Shown here: piece by piece, positions 1 through 8,466 of the stretch
Numbering within the stretch: the first letter of the stretch is position 1
How the letters are laid out: every line of letters begins with the position of its first letter
Assembly: GCA_964602245.1 (NCBI GenBank)
Contig: CAZRPY010000001.1
Span: 152,246 to 216,245 of the forward strand
Source of the DNA: an uncultured Methanosarcinales archaeon
GTDB taxonomy: Archaea > Nanobdellota > Nanobdellia > Woesearchaeales > JACPIF01
Length of the DNA stretch: 64,000 nt
Direction: 5' to 3'
The notes under the pieces: generated by a model
Databases searched by the model: none
What the model saw: only the letters and a program-made list of their open reading frames with translations
What the model was told of the DNA's origin: nothing
Position numbers and translations under genes: made by a program

Positions 1-360
1 TTCACTTCCCCATATCACAATTCTAATCATTCCAGTTTCATCACCTATTAAGAAAGAGCCGACTTTACCTTCTCTATTATTTGTAGTAAATTCTTTTACA
101 TCATAAACTTGAAGGACTTTACCTAGGGTTTCAACACTTCTCATTCCTTGCAATATGTTCTTTATTTTTAGTTGACCTGTGAATTGGTCAAATAGTCTAA
201 TGCCTAGCTCATTTGCAATAATATGAGCTGCACCTTCTTTAGAAATTAAGCCAGAAAGTTGTTTTAGCTTTGCATTAATCCTGTTTTCTATATCTTCTCT
301 GCTAATTGCTTTCTTTTCTTGAATAGTCTTTATGATGTCTTCATAAGAAAGTTTTATCAT
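1..360 (-). CDS. Replication protein A / OB-fold ssDNA-binding protein, N-terminal part (runs off window start)
   Basis: Manual translation from ATG at 360: MIKLSYEDII...LSGLISKEGAAHIIANELG...GKVGSFLIGDETGMIRIVIW, typical of the archaeal RPA N-terminus plus OB fold. Not in the ORF track. Confidence 0.8.
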   Translation of the reverse strand, partial: MIKLSYEDIIKTIQEKKAISREDIENRINAKLKQLSGLISKEGAAHIIANELGIRLFDQFTGQLKIKNILQGMRSVETLGKVLQVYDVKEFTTNNREGKVGSFLIGDETGMIRIVIWGSE

Positions 361-460
361 TATGAGAAGGGTTTATGAGGAGTTTATATATCTTTTTGTT
401 GTGTGGGGTTAACTATCGGGATTTTTTAACAACAATCTTATATATTTTAATATCCTAAAT

Positions 461-694
461 ATGCTTATGAATTATGTAACTCATTTCATTATCGTTATTC
501 TAGTATTCTCTTTTTTGATAGTCTATCCAATCTATTTATTGAGTGATGACATCTGGATTATCTTTCTCTTTGTCCTTACCTTGCTAGTAATAGTTGTTGT
601 AATACTTTATTTTTTGCAGAAAAAATATCCTAAATCAAAAATTGTAAAGGTCTTAGAAAATATAAAAGAAATTCTGAAGGATACTTTCCCTTAA
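461..694 (+). CDS. Small two-TM membrane protein
   Basis: Two hydrophobic segments and a basic tail. Confidence 0.55.
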   Translation: MLMNYVTHFIIVILVFSFLIVYPIYLLSDDIWIIFLFVLTLLVIVVVILYFLQKKYPKSKIVKVLENIKEILKDTFP

Positions 695-702
695 TCCGCT
701 TC

Positions 703-1488
703 CTACGAAAACTCTATAGCAAACTTTATTTTGTGCTCTTTCTCTACTATATTGCTCTTTTCATCTGTTACTATGAGCTTTTTGCCAGTATTATAGCATA
801 ATGCGTAGATTTTTCTTTGATAGGATTTTAGATCGCACTCTTTTCCAAGAGCGCCTTTTCTTACTGATAATATAGCACCGTTTTGATCTCTTGCTAATCT
901 ATGATTTTGAGTGTCTGAGAAGGTTAATTGGCTTGAAAGCTTTGAGTTTTTGATAATGACTGAATATTTGTTTTTGTTAAGCTCTGTATTAACTACAATA
1001 TTAGATCCATCTTGGGATAGCTTATATTCTGCTTGGCTAATATGTTCATGAGCACATTCACAATTATTTTCTGTGCTAGAAGAGCAATTACTTAAATAGT
1101 CAAGGAAATCCATAAAGATTCCTTCATCACCTTCATAACAGCCTATGGCTAATGGAAATCCTGGTTTATTAGAGCCTTCTTTAAGATTAAATTTTAACAT
1201 TTCAGTATTAACACAGGCTTCTTTATCCTTTTCTTGTGAGCAGGAATTAGATATTTGTTTTAAGGCTTCTTCTATCTTGTCATAAACATCTAAATAGTAG
1301 TCTAAATCTATAGAGAAAGAAGGCCTGATGGAATAGGTGCCTATTACGATGTTATGAGGAATATTTTCTATAAATTGTTGTAAAGTTGCTTGACCTGTGA
1401 TTTTATTGCTTGGGTATAACTCAAGTAATATAGCTAGCCCTATTAATAGAAAAACTATTGCAGGTATTATAATAATTCTTTTTTTCAT
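703..1488 (-). CDS. Membrane-anchored secreted hypothetical protein (last gene of pilin-like cluster)
   Basis: N-terminal TM followed by KITG motif; several Cys pairs. Confidence 0.7.
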   Translation of the reverse strand: MKKRIIIIPAIVFLLIGLAILLELYPSNKITGQATLQQFIENIPHNIVIGTYSIRPSFSIDLDYYLDVYDKIEEALKQISNSCSQEKDKEACVNTEMLKFNLKEGSNKPGFPLAIGCYEGDEGIFMDFLDYLSNCSSSTENNCECAHEHISQAEYKLSQDGSNIVVNTELNKNKYSVIIKNSKLSSQLTFSDTQNHRLARDQNGAILSVRKGALGKECDLKSYQRKIYALCYNTGKKLIVTDEKSNIVEKEHKIKFAIEFS

Positions 1489-1491
1489 TTT

Positions 1492-2592
1492 TTAGCCTAT
1501 CATTCCATATAATGGTTTAACTTCTGCTAGCTTTTGTTTTGACATTTCTATTGCCCATAGTTCTGTGCCATATTCCCAGTGCCACCATTCACTAGGAAGA
1601 TTAGTAAAGCCTGCTTTAGTCATGATTTCTTTTAGCTTCTGTCTGCAATTATGTATGTCTATGCCTCTTGGATCTTTGTTATTAGCATAGTCGTCTATTT
1701 GGGACTTATCTAGAATGTTAATTGTGCCACAAGAATTTCTATTGCCATTAATAACTAGCCTTACATCAACTGCACCACCTGTCTGATGGCTTGATTTTCC
1801 TGCAGGAGCTGCATTTCTATTAATGCATTTACCATTTCTTAATTTCCCACATATTTTTTCTTGATCATCGTAGCTTCTGTAAGCATCGTTCACTATTAAT
1901 TCGTAGCCTTGGTCTTGAGCATATTTCTTTGCTAAATTTAATTGTTGCAGGGCTTGGGCTCTTAACTGACATATTGTATTTTTATCACGAGCTGAACAAG
2001 AAAAATCATATAGCTTCTCACTAGGCCCAGTTCCTATAGTTAGTAAAGGAGTTTGATAAGTTTCAATAGGATTTTGAATTTTTGCTAGTTGTGTCTTAAG
2101 AACTAAATCATAATTTACTCCATTAAGAGCTACTCCAAGGAACTTTAGATTTTTATCGTTAATAACAGAATATTCATAATTTTCTGCTTTCATATTTATA
2201 TCTTTATTTTTTTCTAGCCTTGGTTTAAAAGAGTTTTGGAATTCTTTCTTAATAGCTGTATCTATTTCATTTTTACTAGGGAAACAATTGTCATTTGCTT
2301 TATTCCATATAGCATAAGTTCCGTACTTATCGCATTTATTTAAAATACTTGGAATTTTATTAATTGCTTCCTGTAAAGTGTAATAAGCTGCTGACTGAAT
2401 AAATATTAGTTGGGAAAAAACCTCATTTTCATTATTATACATTGAAAGTGCTGATTCACCAATAAAAGTTACGTCTGGTCTGAAGTTTTTTACAGTTGTG
2501 CCAAATAAAGTTGCAACTGCTGCAACAAATCCGATTAATATTATATATATTAATACTGCTGATTTTTTATTTAAAATAGCTATTTTTGTCAT
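1492..2592 (-). CDS. Pilin-like protein with C-terminal M15 (VanY/VanX-like) D-Ala-D-Ala zinc peptidase domain
   Basis: NKKS|AVLIY plus hydrophobic helix; M15 motifs AYRS..Q, SSHQTGGAVD (SxHxxGxAxD) and EWWH (ExxH). Confidence 0.85.
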   Translation of the reverse strand: MTKIAILNKKSAVLIYIILIGFVAAVATLFGTTVKNFRPDVTFIGESALSMYNNENEVFSQLIFIQSAAYYTLQEAINKIPSILNKCDKYGTYAIWNKANDNCFPSKNEIDTAIKKEFQNSFKPRLEKNKDINMKAENYEYSVINDKNLKFLGVALNGVNYDLVLKTQLAKIQNPIETYQTPLLTIGTGPSEKLYDFSCSARDKNTICQLRAQALQQLNLAKKYAQDQGYELIVNDAYRSYDDQEKICGKLRNGKCINRNAAPAGKSSHQTGGAVDVRLVINGNRNSCGTINILDKSQIDDYANNKDPRGIDIHNCRQKLKEIMTKAGFTNLPSEWWHWEYGTELWAIEMSKQKLAEVKPLYGMIG

Positions 2593-3068
2593 TATGTTAC
2601 ACCTATGTCTTTCCCTATATTGAGGCTTATCGTAAGAATTTCTCCATTTGGAGCAGAGAGTTTGACTGAGGCTAACCTGGTTTTTGATCCTGCTGAATCA
2701 AAATTTTTATCTTTTATTTCTAAAGAGTGTATGGGTTCTATTCTTAACATCCATGCTACTTTAGAAGGATCTTTATAATGTGCTTTAAAGAAATTGTTAG
2801 TATAGTCTTCAAAGTATTTATAGTCGTTATTTGCTATTGCTAAAGCTAGTAAGTCTATAGTCTTTTTGCCTTTATCATCTACTGAACTAAGATATTCAAG
2901 TAGAATTCTTGCTCCTTCTGCTCTTTCTAGAGCATCATCTGCATACTGATTTATTTGGTTTGTAATATTGCTCTTTATGCCAAGAAAAAAGGGGATGGAT
3001 ACCCCTATTATAAATATAGCAAATATTACTTGAAGCCAGTCATCCATAATACCTCTTTTATTTAGCAT
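2592..3068 (-). CDS. Class III signal peptide (pilin-like) protein
   Basis: Probable start MLNKRG|IMDDW followed by a hydrophobic helix. Confidence 0.75.
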   Translation of the reverse strand: MLNKRGIMDDWLQVIFAIFIIGVSIPFFLGIKSNITNQINQYADDALERAEGARILLEYLSSVDDKGKKTIDLLALAIANNDYKYFEDYTNNFFKAHYKDPSKVAWMLRIEPIHSLEIKDKNFDSAGSKTRLASVKLSAPNGEILTISLNIGKDIGVT

Positions 3069-3570
3069 TTTGTATCTCCACAATTAAGAAGCCTTTTGAT
3101 ATTTTCCCCTTGTCATAGATGTTAATTTCTTTAGTTTTCTTAGTGATAAGGGCAGAGTCATCAAAATTTTTAGTTGTTAGAATAATTTCCTGATTATTCT
3201 TAATATCTTTAAGAGTTAAACTAAAAGCTTTTACTGTTTTCTCTTTAAATTTTGATTTTTCTTCTACTGCATAGCATTTGTCTAAAGTTTCTTGATTAAA
3301 TTTTTCTATATCTATAGTATTAAAGAAATAATTGAATTCTCTTTGAGAAGCTGAAAAACATAATGGAGAGTTGATAAATCTTTGCAGAAAGATGAATGTA
3401 TCTAAGTTTTTTGGAGTTTCTATTTTTACATTGCCTATCCTTATTATTAGAAAGGTAAAAAGTAATAAGAGAATAGCGATAATAAACAATACTGCTACAT
3501 AAAAAATAACATCGTGTGCAAAAAGCTGGGCTTTTTTCCATCTTTTGGAGATTTTACTTCTTGTATTCAT
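3058..3570 (-). CDS. Class III signal peptide (pilin-like) protein
   Basis: WKKA|QLF plus hydrophobic helix; tightly overlaps its neighbours. Confidence 0.75.
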   Translation of the reverse strand: MNTRSKISKRWKKAQLFAHDVIFYVAVLFIIAILLLLFTFLIIRIGNVKIETPKNLDTFIFLQRFINSPLCFSASQREFNYFFNTIDIEKFNQETLDKCYAVEEKSKFKEKTVKAFSLTLKDIKNNQEIILTTKNFDDSALITKKTKEINIYDKGKISKGFLIVEIQNAK

Positions 3571-4484
3571 TTGTTGTATTCCTCTATACCTTTTATGATA
3601 GAAATTGAAAAATCTGAGGGTATTTTATGATAATTCTGATTTGCAATATTTCCTAATTCCAAGTAGATTGCAAAATCTTGATCTTTTAGGATATATCTTG
3701 GATCATTTGGCTCTACTCTATTTGTATCTATTGGAATAATTACATAGCTATCAACATTAACTCTTTCCATCATCTCGTTAATAATGAAACAGCTAACAGT
3801 AAGTGCTTCTTTTGTATTTCTGGAATTATGAGAGATATAAGCTTTAATATGATTGCTAGGAAGGTTGATATTGTTAATATTTAAAGCTAATAAGAACTTA
3901 TCAATTTGCAGCTGAGAAGACGGTATGTAATTAACACTTCCTTTAAGTCCATCTGAGATTTTTTCCAATTCTTTATACTCGTCTGAATCTTTTTTAGCCG
4001 CTGAATGGAGAATTATTGGTTGTGTAATTTTCCTAAAATTTTGTTCTTTATCGCATTCAAACTTATTTATAGCAAAAGTGTCATAGTCTATGTAAATATT
4101 CTTACCTTGCTTATTAATTGCAAAATATAATGGATTTTCTAGATTAATATTTTTAGGATTAATGTCATTTTCTTTTTGAGTTACAAAATAATAAATTCCT
4201 GGAGTAAGATCTCTGGCTTTTGTGGAGATTTCTACTTTGTTATTGTTTATGTTTATCCTATAGTTATAGAGGTCATTAAATTCTACATATGCATTTCCTC
4301 TCATTCCAGATAAAGCATCTATTGCTAAACCGATCTCTTTTGCTATTTCTTGTTTATAATGAATCTCATTACTTGCATAATCCTGCGCTTCATTTATAAA
4401 AAGCCAACCTACAAATATAGCTAGCACTATCTCTGCTACAACTATAACAGGATATTCTGTGCCTGTTTCTCCTCTTTTATTCAT
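3567..4484 (-). CDS. Pilin-like protein with degenerate N-acetylmuramoyl-L-alanine amidase (amidase_3-like) C-terminal domain
   Basis: NKRG|E signal. The C-terminus PIILH...E...ALNIN...KAYI...YILKDQDFAIYLELGNIAN resembles the amidase_3 order ending in PAVLxELGFxxN. Confidence 0.55.
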   Translation of the reverse strand: MNKRGETGTEYPVIVVAEIVLAIFVGWLFINEAQDYASNEIHYKQEIAKEIGLAIDALSGMRGNAYVEFNDLYNYRININNNKVEISTKARDLTPGIYYFVTQKENDINPKNINLENPLYFAINKQGKNIYIDYDTFAINKFECDKEQNFRKITQPIILHSAAKKDSDEYKELEKISDGLKGSVNYIPSSQLQIDKFLLALNINNINLPSNHIKAYISHNSRNTKEALTVSCFIINEMMERVNVDSYVIIPIDTNRVEPNDPRYILKDQDFAIYLELGNIANQNYHKIPSDFSISIIKGIEEYNK

Positions 4485-4491
4485 TTTAGCA

Positions 4492-5157
4492 TTAAGGATA
4501 TCCTATATAAGAGCTAGGTGAGATTACATTACAATTTCTTTTTGGACATACTCCAACTTTTCCAAAGTCTTTTCTTACATATAATGCATTTAGAGTGTCT
4601 TTTGCATAGATGCCAAATATTTCTTGAAATAGCCTGGGGAAATCACTGCTTCTAATTATACCAAATCCATTTTTCCATGAATATGTAACAGTGTTTAGTC
4701 CTTGCCTAAGGTCGTTGATATGTGTGTAGTCTGTTATTATTACATTGTCCAAAGACCTACAGTTCATTGTTCCTACACATCTAAATTCTTTATCGTCAAT
4801 TAATATTTCTGAACATATACATACACAAGAGCTTTCTTTTTTGCATCCTGTTTCTTGGCTAGGTCTTGTAAGAGGCCTGACTGTACTTTCCTTTGATTGC
4901 AAAGTAAGGACTAATTCTAACTTATCTGCATTAGGAGCAAATCCGAAAACTGCGTTCTTGTCATTATCAAGAAAAAATGCTACTGGATCCTGAGAGCCTT
5001 CTTCTACGCTTTCGATTGCACTAACTAAAGTGTTAAAAGAATTTGAGGTTCTAGTAGTTATTTTAAAAATGTCTATTGCAATTTCAGTAGCAAAAACAAA
5101 AAGGATTATACCAATTACTAATAATATTATTGCTATAGTCACAAAACCTTTGGCCAT
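4492..5157 (-). CDS. Pilin-like protein with Cys-rich CxCxC motif
   Basis: MAKG|FVTI plus hydrophobic helix; GCKKESSCVCIC. Confidence 0.7.
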   Translation of the reverse strand: MAKGFVTIAIILLVIGIILFVFATEIAIDIFKITTRTSNSFNTLVSAIESVEEGSQDPVAFFLDNDKNAVFGFAPNADKLELVLTLQSKESTVRPLTRPSQETGCKKESSCVCICSEILIDDKEFRCVGTMNCRSLDNVIITDYTHINDLRQGLNTVTYSWKNGFGIIRSSDFPRLFQEIFGIYAKDTLNALYVRKDFGKVGVCPKRNCNVISPSSYIGYP

Positions 5158-5159
5158 TT

Positions 5160-5474
5160 TTATTTAGATGATTTTCTTTTTTCTTCAATTTCTTTTCTAC
5201 AGATATCAGAAGGTGTTGGGCATTTTCCTTCAGAATCTTTTTCTTGGTTAGCATTGCAAGGACATGGATCAATAGTGTCAAAAACTCCATCATTGTCATG
5301 GTCTAGAGATAAGCCTGTTGCCGTATCTCCTATTGGTTTAGAGCTCTTGGAAAAGAGTTGTCCTGGGCCAAAAAAGGTATAGCCAATAACTATTAATGCT
5401 AATAGCCCTAGCATCATACCAACAATTACCCACATCATGCCACCTTCCATTGCTTTCTCATTCATTTGTATCAC
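5160..5474 (-). CDS. Small pilin-like protein with thrombospondin type-3-like Ca-binding motif
   Basis: EKA|MEGG plus hydrophobic helix; DHDNDGVFDTIDPCP. Confidence 0.7.
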   Translation of the reverse strand: MIQMNEKAMEGGMMWVIVGMMLGLLALIVIGYTFFGPGQLFSKSSKPIGDTATGLSLDHDNDGVFDTIDPCPCNANQEKDSEGKCPTPSDICRKEIEEKRKSSK

Positions 5475-5477
5475 CTT

Positions 5478-6212
5478 TTATGCGCATTTATATTGTTTTT
5501 GCAGATCTAAATTTCTTACATACTGAGGAGGGATACCTCTATCGTATGATGCTCCTAATAAACCTCTATAAGTTGGTAAAAAACAAATATTGTTTTGGTC
5601 AATATTAAACATTAAGTTTGAATCATCTAGCACTCCATTAGTTAGCTTTTGACCTGATTCATATTCCACTATAATTGTATTTTTCCCTTTAACTGTTATT
5701 TTATTGGCTCTTGCATATTTCTGTTGAGTAGTGTCTGGCTGTTTAAGAATGAACTTATTTATGAAATATCTTACTTGGCTTTGTCCAGTTACTACACAAG
5801 GATATTTCTGTTCTATAAACTCTCTCTTAACCTCCTCTCCTTTAGGAGCTTGTATTATTATAAATAAGCCATTATAAGCTTTCTGGCGAGATTTGTCTAA
5901 GACTATTGAATAGCTTTGGAAATCTTGAGGAAACTGAAGATTATAAATAAGGCATTCATTATTGTATTTAACATCTTTTAAGAAAGATACTAATGAGTTA
6001 TAAGCCTGGTTTAATTCTGGTGGTGGTGTTAGAGTTCCTGCTTCTATATCAGGTGTTTTGCCATAACTTACTGAAATCATGTTTATTAGGAAATTAAAAG
6101 CTGTTGTTAGAACACTAAATAACTTACCAGTCCATCCAAGGTAAACTACTAGGAGTAAACCTACTAGTGCTAAAAGAACTACTATTTTCAAAAGAGCTTT
6201 TTTGCCAATCAT
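5478..6212 (-). CDS. Pilin-like protein
   Basis: GKKA|LLKI plus hydrophobic helix. Confidence 0.7.
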   Translation of the reverse strand: MIGKKALLKIVVLLALVGLLLVVYLGWTGKLFSVLTTAFNFLINMISVSYGKTPDIEAGTLTPPPELNQAYNSLVSFLKDVKYNNECLIYNLQFPQDFQSYSIVLDKSRQKAYNGLFIIIQAPKGEEVKREFIEQKYPCVVTGQSQVRYFINKFILKQPDTTQQKYARANKITVKGKNTIIVEYESGQKLTNGVLDDSNLMFNIDQNNICFLPTYRGLLGASYDRGIPPQYVRNLDLQKQYKCA

Positions 6213-6355
6213 CTTGAAAATTTAATAGCTGAAGCGTCTGGGGCTTTGCTAGTAAAATAAATATAAAGTAAGATAACTACAAGTATTAAAGCAGACATTA
6301 GCACTAGATAAACAACTGCATTTGCACCTATTTCAAAACCCTTTTTACTTTTCAT
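6209..6355 (-). CDS. 48-aa micro-pilin (not in ORF track)
   Basis: MKSKKG|FEIGANAVVYLVLMSALILVVILLYIIFTSKAPDASAIKFSR; its TGA overlaps the ATG of the next gene (ATGA). Confidence 0.7.
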   Translation of the reverse strand: MKSKKGFEIGANAVVYLVLMSALILVVILLYIYFTSKAPDASAIKFSR

Positions 6356-6374
6356 GTTTTATTCTGTTTATTTT

Positions 6375-7622
6375 TTATTCTGGTATTATGCTGCATAATG
6401 GACCTTCCTGACCTGTTACTTTCTGGTCAGTTATCTGGCTAACTGTACTTAAATATATTGTGGAAGTTGGTCTTTGTCTCCACCAATCAACAAGTGGCAC
6501 ATATAGGTCTCTTACTCCTTGTTGTCCTATAAGAGCTCCAAAAATACCTCCTCCTATAGTTACTCCTGCTCCAATTACAATTGCTGGAATGCACAAAACT
6601 CCAGTTGCACAAGCTACTCCAGCAACTTTAGCTGCTAATAAGCCTGTTGCAGCAGCTGCGACAAATCCATAGCCACCAACTATTGCATTACAAATAGATG
6701 TAGTGCATTCTTTTGTAGGAGCACCAAAACTTATTGCATAAATCTCATTAGGCTCTATATCAGTAAGAATATATACACCTCCAGGACCAACACCTCTTTG
6801 GAGATAACTTAGATAACTAAGATCATTTTCTTTTTTAATATAGCAAGTCTCATCTCTAGGGCATTTCCAATTTGGATAGACAGTATAGTTTGGGCCAAGA
6901 TAACCTTTACTGCACTCTCCCCCATTATTTAAGCAATCAATATTACTGTAACAGCATCCTTCTCCTTTGCTAGCATGATTTTTCTTGCAGAAAGTATTTT
7001 TCTCATCAAATTCTATATTTCTTAAATCTGTTTTAATATGTTGTGTACATTCCTCTTTTTTATTTGCACAAAAACCACCTCTATCTTTGCCAAAAGTAAA
7101 GCATCTATGGGTTGTATCTTTAGCTTTGTAAGGGGTTGTTGCTAAATATTGGGTGAATTCCTCTGTAGAAATCTTTCCAGTTATCTTTGCGTTTTTCTTA
7201 ACTTTAAATACATAACATGTCTGACAATTATTAATCCAGGGACTTCCTTCCTTAAAAATATCTCCAGCTCTGCCTTCATCGTATCTTTGCCAGCAGTCTT
7301 TCATTAGATCTGCAATTGCTTTCTTTACAAGTTCCTCACTTTCTCCTTTTTTAGGAATTTCTTTCTTATCTACTGTGACACAGCCTTTTAGAGGAGCTCT
7401 TAAAGTTGCTAATCTTAAGTCTACCCCTAAATTTACATTAACTTGAATCTCGTGTCTTCTCAGATCAATATTTATCCTGCAAATTTCATCTTTAATAGCA
7501 TCATCTGCTCCTTGAAGTATTTTTGGAAAGAGTGGAAAGGTAAGGGCTACTCCAATAAATATAAGTATTAAGGCGCCAATTGTTGCTGTTAAAGCTTCTA
7601 CACCTCTTTTATTGGTTGACAT
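6375..7622 (-). CDS. Pilin-like protein with Cys-rich repeats and Gly/Ala-rich hydrophobic hairpin
   Basis: True start is probably MSTNKRG|VEAL at 7622. Contains C..GG.C repeats and a long small-residue hydrophobic segment near the C-terminus. Confidence 0.75.
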   Translation of the reverse strand: MSTNKRGVEALTATIGALILIFIGVALTFPLFPKILQGADDAIKDEICRINIDLRRHEIQVNVNLGVDLRLATLRAPLKGCVTVDKKEIPKKGESEELVKKAIADLMKDCWQRYDEGRAGDIFKEGSPWINNCQTCYVFKVKKNAKITGKISTEEFTQYLATTPYKAKDTTHRCFTFGKDRGGFCANKKEECTQHIKTDLRNIEFDEKNTFCKKNHASKGEGCCYSNIDCLNNGGECSKGYLGPNYTVYPNWKCPRDETCYIKKENDLSYLSYLQRGVGPGGVYILTDIEPNEIYAISFGAPTKECTTSICNAIVGGYGFVAAAATGLLAAKVAGVACATGVLCIPAIVIGAGVTIGGGIFGALIGQQGVRDLYVPLVDWWRQRPTSTIYLSTVSQITDQKVTGQEGPLCSIIPE

Positions 7623-7623
7623 T

Positions 7624-7779
7624 TTATGGAAGTTTAGTTTTAAAGAAGTTTGTAATCGCAAAATATAATAGTATGATTAATAACAAAGAAATGATAAGTA
7701 TAATTGCAAATTGAGCAGCTCTAGCTCCGGATATCTCTGAATCCTGGGCTTTTTTGTTTGATAAAATCTTGTTTTTCAT
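7624..7779 (-). CDS. 51-aa micro-pilin (not in ORF track)
   Basis: MKNKILSNKKA|QDSEISGARAAQFAIILIISLLLIILLYFAITNFFKTKLP; stop lies 1 nt before the next ATG; TATA-like element at about 7802-7809. Confidence 0.7.
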   Translation of the reverse strand: MKNKILSNKKAQDSEISGARAAQFAIILIISLLLIILLYFAITNFFKTKLP

Positions 7780-7824
7780 AAGTTTATTACTTAAGAACTT
7801 TGTATATAAGCCTTTCTAAAGCTA

Positions 7825-7982
7825 GGCTTCAGTAAAAATAAGTTTCGTTTTGCCATCGGTTCGCATTTTGCTGTTTCTTATGATGTTGACTTTCCCCGTA
7901 AGGGACTTCCCCCTTGTCAAAGCTAAGTTGCCTTAGAAGAATGCTCGCAAAATTGATGGCAAAACTTATTTTTATCAGAGCT
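7825..7982 (+). mobile_element. Structured MITE-like element, copy 1
   Basis: Nested inverted repeats; motifs CGGTTCGCATT, CCCCGTAAGGGACTTCCCC and AATGCTCGCAAAA shared with the copies at 51378 and 59830; flanked by exact 8-bp direct repeat TAAAGCTA. Confidence 0.75.
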
Positions 7983-7987
7983 TAAAG

Positions 7988-8101
7988 CTAAAAAGAGATT
8001 TTATCGCTAAATAAGATAACTAAAGAAATAATAAGTATAAGAATAAAGGAGCTTACTAAAATAACTGATAAAGAAATACCTTGAGCTTTAATGCTACTCA
8101 T
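7988..8101 (-). CDS. 37-aa micro-pilin (not in ORF track)
   Basis: MSSIKA|QGISLSVILVSSFILILIISLVILFSDKISF; starts 8 nt after the stop of 8110..8385. Confidence 0.55.
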   Translation of the reverse strand: MSSIKAQGISLSVILVSSFILILIISLVILFSDKISF

Positions 8102-8109
8102 ATTAGCTA

Positions 8110-8385
8110 TTATGTTGGAATACAACACTTAGTGTTTTGGGTGTCTTTTTGGCCAGCTATAAAGCATGATGCTCCTGGAAGATAGACATTATCCTGTGGA
8201 CAATCTTGACCTGTTGGAACACATTTGCCACCTTTAGCTTGGCAGTCCTCAACGCCAACTCGGAATATAGCAATTCTTCCAGTAAATATAAGCACTAAGA
8301 TAACTAAAACTATTAAGGCTATCGCTGCAACTATAATTACATTTAAAGATAGCTCAGCTCCTCTTTTATTTGATTTTTTAAGCAT
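8110..8385 (-). CDS. Probable major pilin-like subunit with six-Cys C-terminal domain
   Basis: NKRG|AELSLNVIIVAAIALIVLVILV; has its own TATA-like element upstream (about 8425-8433). Confidence 0.8.
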   Translation of the reverse strand: MLKKSNKRGAELSLNVIIVAAIALIVLVILVLIFTGRIAIFRVGVEDCQAKGGKCVPTGQDCPQDNVYLPGASCFIAGQKDTQNTKCCIPT

Positions 8386-8466
8386 GACAATGCCTCTATA
8401 TTTCTTTTAAACCTATTATTTGATGTATATAAAGCTTTCTATGTGATTTAAATTTATATGATTTAT

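Noticed and set aside
7623..7661. ORF-track TTG start extending 6375..7661
   Set aside because: The ATG at 7622 gives a clean class III signal, and the extension overlaps the 51-aa micro-pilin.
7825..7982. tRNA, or IscB/TnpB omega-RNA identity for the structured element
   Set aside because: GGTTCG is present but there is no cloverleaf. No IscB, TnpB or transposase gene is adjacent to any copy.
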